Below, one piece after another: positions 34,563 through 38,438 of a DNA stretch of 38,438 bases (position 1 is the stretch's first letter; each line of letters starts with the position of its first letter). The notes below the pieces were generated by a model, which made no database searches, was not told the DNA's origin, and was given only the letters and a program-made list of their open reading frames with translations. The stretch is from assembly GCA_021772595.1 (NCBI GenBank), contig JAJFLS010000378.1, forward strand, positions 1 through 38,438. The letters are read 5' to 3'. Position numbers and translations under genes: made by a program. This DNA is from Opitutales bacterium (GTDB lineage Bacteria; Verrucomicrobiota; Verrucomicrobiia; Opitutales; Opitutaceae).

Positions 34563-36158
34563 ATGAAGAAAACTTGCTCACTAGCGGCCGCGGTTATCCT
34601 TTCGAGCGTTCTGACTCAACCTTGTTTTAGCGAAAGCGAGTCGGATGTCTTTAAAGAAGCCCTACGTAATGGCGAGCTGGCCAACGAAGGTTTCCGTCGT
34701 TGCGACCACTATGTGGAAGGTTGGCTACGACTGGCTGATCCCGAGACAGGACTGCTTCCTCGAAACAGGAAAGACCAATTTTGGAACGCGAAGGACTCAG
34801 CGGCGGACAATTATCCGTTTATGGTCCTGACGACGAGCTTCACGAACCGCCCGATGTTTGAGGGCAGGATGAAGGCTATGCTGGCTACGGAAATCAAACT
34901 GACATCCCGGATAGACAGTCTTCCGGATACATACGACTTTGTGAAGCGAGGCTTCCAAAGCGAAGAGACCGACTTAGATAGTATAATGTTCGGATCTTCT
35001 GAGTACATTAAAGACGGACTGCTTCCGCTCGCCGAGTGGCTAGGTCCGAGTCCGTGGAGTGAGCGGATGATTAGCATTCTCGATGACATGTGGAAACACG
35101 CTCCAGTGGATACTCCCTACGGGAAGATCGTCTCGACCAACGTGGAGGTGAATGGCGAGATGCTTCAAGCCCTCTCGAGAATCTACTGGATGACAGGCAA
35201 ACGAAAATATCTCGATTGGGCAGTTCGGCTAGGCGACTATTACCTTCTCGGCAACCATCACCCGACGCGGGACACGAGCCAGCTCAGACTGCGCGATCAC
35301 GGATGCGAGATCGTTTCCGGACTTTGCGAGCTGTACGCGGCGGCGAGTTTCGCCCTGCCCGAGAAGAAGAAGGCGTACGAAAAACCGATCCACGAAATGC
35401 TGGACCGCATTCTGGAGGTGGGAAGAAACGAGCACGGGCTTTTCTACAATGTTGTCGATCCTCTTGAGGGAGCTCCGACCAACGAAGGAATTGCGGACAC
35501 GTGGGGCTACACCTACAATGGATTCTATATCGTCTACCTTGTGGATGAAACTGAATCCTATCGCATTGCCGCTATTGAAGCATTGTCGAACATAAAAGAG
35601 CACTACCGTAGCTACGATTGGGAGCACGGCAGTGCCGACGGTTACGCGGACTCTATCGAGAGCGCTCTTAACCTGTACAATCGAGAGCGCATTGCCTACG
35701 CTGCGCAGTGGATCGACAGCGAAATCAAGGTTATGTGGGAAATGCAAAAAGAGGACGGAGTCATCGAAGGCTGGTATGGCGACGGCAACTTCGCGCGGAC
35801 ATCGATCATGTACTGTCTGTGGAAAACTCAAGGCGTGTCTGTGCAGCCCTGGAGAGAAGATCTAATATTCGGCGCTGTTCAGAAAGGGGACACTCTTTAT
35901 ATATCTCTAACCGCTGAGAAAGACTGGATGGGGAGGCTGATTTTCGATGCCCCTCGGCACAAATCCAACATGGGGCTTCCGATCGACTGGCCGAGGATCA
36001 ACCAGTTTCCAGAATGGTTCACAGTGGATGAAGATAAAACCTATATCCTGTCAGAGTCGAAAATTAGACCAATTAAATATACAGGAGCCAATTTACATCA
36101 GGGAGTTGAAGTGAATCTGGGAAAGGGTGAAGTTAATCAGATAACGGTTCACCGATAG
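34563..36158 (+). CDS. Exported putative (alpha/alpha)6-barrel glycoside-hydrolase-like protein, family unassigned
   Basis: Signal peptide; helical repeats such as 'LSRIYWMTGKRKYLDWAVRLGDYY' typical of six-hairpin glycosidases; C-terminal beta-rich domain; glycan-locus context. Confidence 0.6.
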   Translation: MKKTCSLAAAVILSSVLTQPCFSESESDVFKEALRNGELANEGFRRCDHYVEGWLRLADPETGLLPRNRKDQFWNAKDSAADNYPFMVLTTSFTNRPMFEGRMKAMLATEIKLTSRIDSLPDTYDFVKRGFQSEETDLDSIMFGSSEYIKDGLLPLAEWLGPSPWSERMISILDDMWKHAPVDTPYGKIVSTNVEVNGEMLQALSRIYWMTGKRKYLDWAVRLGDYYLLGNHHPTRDTSQLRLRDHGCEIVSGLCELYAAASFALPEKKKAYEKPIHEMLDRILEVGRNEHGLFYNVVDPLEGAPTNEGIADTWGYTYNGFYIVYLVDETESYRIAAIEALSNIKEHYRSYDWEHGSADGYADSIESALNLYNRERIAYAAQWIDSEIKVMWEMQKEDGVIEGWYGDGNFARTSIMYCLWKTQGVSVQPWREDLIFGAVQKGDTLYISLTAEKDWMGRLIFDAPRHKSNMGLPIDWPRINQFPEWFTVDEDKTYILSESKIRPIKYTGANLHQGVEVNLGKGEVNQITVHR

Positions 36159-36187
36159 GATCGCTTTTTGTAGATTATTGAAACGCG

Positions 36188-37612
36188 ATGAAAATCTTGA
36201 GTATATATGGGCTGTTGTTCATACTCGTTTTCGCTAACTCGATAAGCCAGGCGGACGATTTCGAAACGGGAAGGATACAGCCAGGTTCAGCGCATCCGCG
36301 TTACTGGCAATACCACTGTAAGCCAGTATTGCTGCTGGGCGGAACCAAGGACGATAACCTGTTTCAGATCGCTGACGTCGAGGAGCACCTCGACTTGCTC
36401 GTCAGCGTTGGCGGGAATTACATACGCTGCGTGATGAGCGGTCGCGACGAAGGGAACGTCTGGCCGTTTGCCCAAGACGACGATGGGCAATACGATCTTA
36501 CGCGTTTCAACGCGGAGTATTGGAATCGTTTCGATAGATTGCTGAAACTGACGCACGAACGACAGATCATCGTGCAGATTGAAGTATGGGCGTTTCACGA
36601 CTTCTTCGATCAATACGGAACCTGGGGCGCGAATCCGTGGCATCCCGCCAATAACGTCAATTACACTCCCGAGCTGTCGCGCCTAAAAAAAGCCTATTCG
36701 ACGGCCAACAATGTGCACCATGACTTCTTCTTCACAGTCCCGAAACTGAACGACAATCAAATCATGCTGGAGTATCAGCAGCGGTTTGCCGATCGGTTAT
36801 TAGAATCGACGCTGCGGTACGATCATGTCCTATATTGCATGACAAATGAGATTCACCCGCTCTACCCGCCTGAATGGGGCTGGTATTGGGCCGACCATAT
36901 TCGGCGGCAAGCGAGCGAAGAGGGGAAGCGGGTGGAGACTAGCGAGATGTACTGGCAGACTGATCTCAAGCACTCCCGGCATCGCCAGTCGATTGATCAT
37001 CCGGAAACCTATACCTTCTTTGAAGCATCGCAAAACAGCGCGCTGAAAGGACAGCAGAGTTGGGAAAATCTGCAGCATGTATGGCATGCTCTAGCAGAAC
37101 ATCCAAGGCCCATCAATCATACCAAGATCTACGGCGCCAATACGGGACGTGGCTGGGAAGGAAGCGACGATAACGCCACCGCGCGTTTCTGGAGAAACAT
37201 CATTGGCGGGTCGGCATCGAGCCGGTTTCACCGGCCATCGTCTGGTCTCGGATTATCGGCCGTCGCTCAGACTCATATCCGCAGCATGCGGATGCTGACT
37301 TCCGAATTGGATTTAGTCCGCTGCGTTCCGGACAGCGAGAGTCTATTGCTGTCAGATAGGGAGCCAGACGAGGCCTACCTGACGAGAGTCGACGGTCGGC
37401 AGTATGCCGTTTACTTTCCCAACGGCGGCTCCGCGCGGCTCGACCTTTCCGCGGCGCAAGGCTCGTTCACCCTGAAATGGCTCGACGTTGCGAACAGTCG
37501 CTGGGAAGAGCCCCAGACCATCGAAGCGGGTCAGCGAGTGGTACTGACGTCTCCCGGTAAAGGACATTGGGGCGCCTTCCTCCTGCGGCGGAAACCCGGA
37601 GCGTTGCACTAG
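36188..37612 (+). CDS. Exported clan GH-A-like TIM-barrel protein (DUF4038/GH140/GH5-like) with a C-terminal beta-sandwich ('putative collagen-binding') domain
   Basis: Signal peptide; HPRYWQY...LLLGG; GGNYIR; YDLTRFNAEYWNRFDRLL...IIVQIEVW; YCMTNE acid/base-like motif; C-terminal YAVYFPNGG...LKWLD...W. Confidence 0.65.
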   Translation: MKILSIYGLLFILVFANSISQADDFETGRIQPGSAHPRYWQYHCKPVLLLGGTKDDNLFQIADVEEHLDLLVSVGGNYIRCVMSGRDEGNVWPFAQDDDGQYDLTRFNAEYWNRFDRLLKLTHERQIIVQIEVWAFHDFFDQYGTWGANPWHPANNVNYTPELSRLKKAYSTANNVHHDFFFTVPKLNDNQIMLEYQQRFADRLLESTLRYDHVLYCMTNEIHPLYPPEWGWYWADHIRRQASEEGKRVETSEMYWQTDLKHSRHRQSIDHPETYTFFEASQNSALKGQQSWENLQHVWHALAEHPRPINHTKIYGANTGRGWEGSDDNATARFWRNIIGGSASSRFHRPSSGLGLSAVAQTHIRSMRMLTSELDLVRCVPDSESLLLSDREPDEAYLTRVDGRQYAVYFPNGGSARLDLSAAQGSFTLKWLDVANSRWEEPQTIEAGQRVVLTSPGKGHWGAFLLRRKPGALH

Positions 37613-37642
37613 AGAATATCCAATGAAAATTCTATTTGAAAA

Positions 37643-37712
37643 GTTCGGGACGGCGCCGAACGCTACCTATTAGGTTCTAGCATTTGGTAGCGTCCGGGCG
37701 CTGTCCCGGACG
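37643..37712. repeat. REP pair (family F, GTAGCGT(T/C)CGG...) with heads inward, between convergent genes
   Basis: gttcgggacggcgccgaacgctacc ... ggtagcgtccgggcgctgtcccggacg. Confidence 0.7.
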
Positions 37713-37727
37713 AAAGGCGTGTGTCGG

Positions 37728-38438
37728 CTACTGCCTCAGCAGCCAGTCGCGGCAGAGGTCGGTCCAGTTGGAGACGGGATAGGGTGAGGGACGGAGTCCG
37801 TAGCCGTGGCCTCCTGTGGGGAAAATGTGGATCTCAACGGGAATTCCGGCCTTGTGCAGCGCGGTGTTGTAGGCGATGGCACTGGCGACGTACTTGCGGT
37901 CGTCTTGAGTCTGCACGATGAATGCGGGCGGCGTTTGAAGGGTGACTTTGATTTCCTTGATCAAGTCGAGGTTTTCGTCGCCCAGGTAGGCGGGGTAGAT
38001 AAGCACTGTAAAATCTGGGCGGCAGGATACGCTGTCGGCGTCATCGATTGCTGGATACGTTCGCTTTTGCCAAGTGTTGCTGAGAGTGGCGGAAAGGTGG
38101 CCGCCCGCCGAGAAGCCGAGCACGCCGACGCGTTCAGGATCGATGTTCCAGTCGGTGGCCTTGTATCGGAGAAGACCGAGCGCGCGTTGCGCGTCTTGGA
38201 GCGCACCTTCGCGGTTTTTGGGCGTGCGGTATTTGAGCACGGCTGCGGAGAATCCGATGGAGTTGAGCCATTCCGCGATTTCGGTTCCTTCCAAATCCCA
38301 GGCTAGGATATTGTATGCGCCGCCTGGGCACACAAGAACGGTTGGGGCGGGGCCACGGGATTTCGCTTTGTAGAATGTGATCGATGGAACGGCGACATTG
38401 GAAATGCGGGTTACGCCGTTGTTCCTTGGGCTTGTTTC
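37728..38438 (-). CDS. Alpha/beta-hydrolase esterase (acetyl-esterase/BD-FAE-like); 5' end outside the window
   Basis: The frame is open to the window edge (ETSPRNNGVTRISNVAVPSITFY...VLVCPGGAY); nucleophile GFSAGG, Asp in QTQDD, His in GGHGYG. Confidence 0.9.
   Translation of the reverse strand, partial: ETSPRNNGVTRISNVAVPSITFYKAKSRGPAPTVLVCPGGAYNILAWDLEGTEIAEWLNSIGFSAAVLKYRTPKNREGALQDAQRALGLLRYKATDWNIDPERVGVLGFSAGGHLSATLSNTWQKRTYPAIDDADSVSCRPDFTVLIYPAYLGDENLDLIKEIKVTLQTPPAFIVQTQDDRKYVASAIAYNTALHKAGIPVEIHIFPTGGHGYGLRPSPYPVSNWTDLCRDWLLRQ

Noticed and set aside
2044-37712. Recurring palindromic repeats as a CRISPR array
   Set aside because: The copies are dispersed, inverted and intergenic, not tandem direct repeats with regular unique spacers.

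Overview
Bacterial chromosomal window with a moderately high GC content. It is most likely from Verrucomicrobiota (Opitutia), inferred from the 'ELSPFxV...GYxATSTLAGxR' N-terminus of the TonB-dependent receptor, the lack of a SusD partner and the A/C-rich, SD-poor leaders. The left two-thirds is mostly core genome: pyrR-pyrB (pyrB runs off the left edge), a cold-shock protein, a PD-(D/E)XK nuclease-DinG/XPD Fe-S helicase fusion, prfB with its programmed +1 frameshift, an orphan GSP-synthetase-like ATP-grasp ligase, smc, an ECF sigma/anti-sigma/YbjQ operon, yraN, zwf-opcA and a full-length Lhr helicase. The right third is an accessory glycan-utilisation-like locus: a CRTAC1/FG-GAP protein, a membrane protein, a Tat-exported TIM-barrel isomerase, a FecI-like sigma, FecR, a TonB-dependent transducer, a Tat-exported Gfo/Idh/MocA oxidoreductase, an atypical metallophosphoesterase, two unclassified glycoside-hydrolase-like proteins and an esterase (truncated at the right edge). 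Many intergenic spaces carry GTAG-headed REP/REPIN palindromes from several families, two of them nested. Main observations: (i) the transducer gene encodes two in-frame signal peptides, one before and one after the STN signalling domain, which suggests long and short isoforms or a detachable signalling domain; (ii) a shared bipartite motif, TTCTTTTAGTGT-N16-CGTCRCAGG, precedes both the FecI-like sigma and the transducer and probably is that sigma's promoter; (iii) nested REP elements; (iv) a 44-bp spacer-less palindrome; (v) a DnaA-box-like cluster upstream of smc. No rRNA, tRNA, CRISPR array or transposase was seen. All family assignments come from motif recognition, not database searches.
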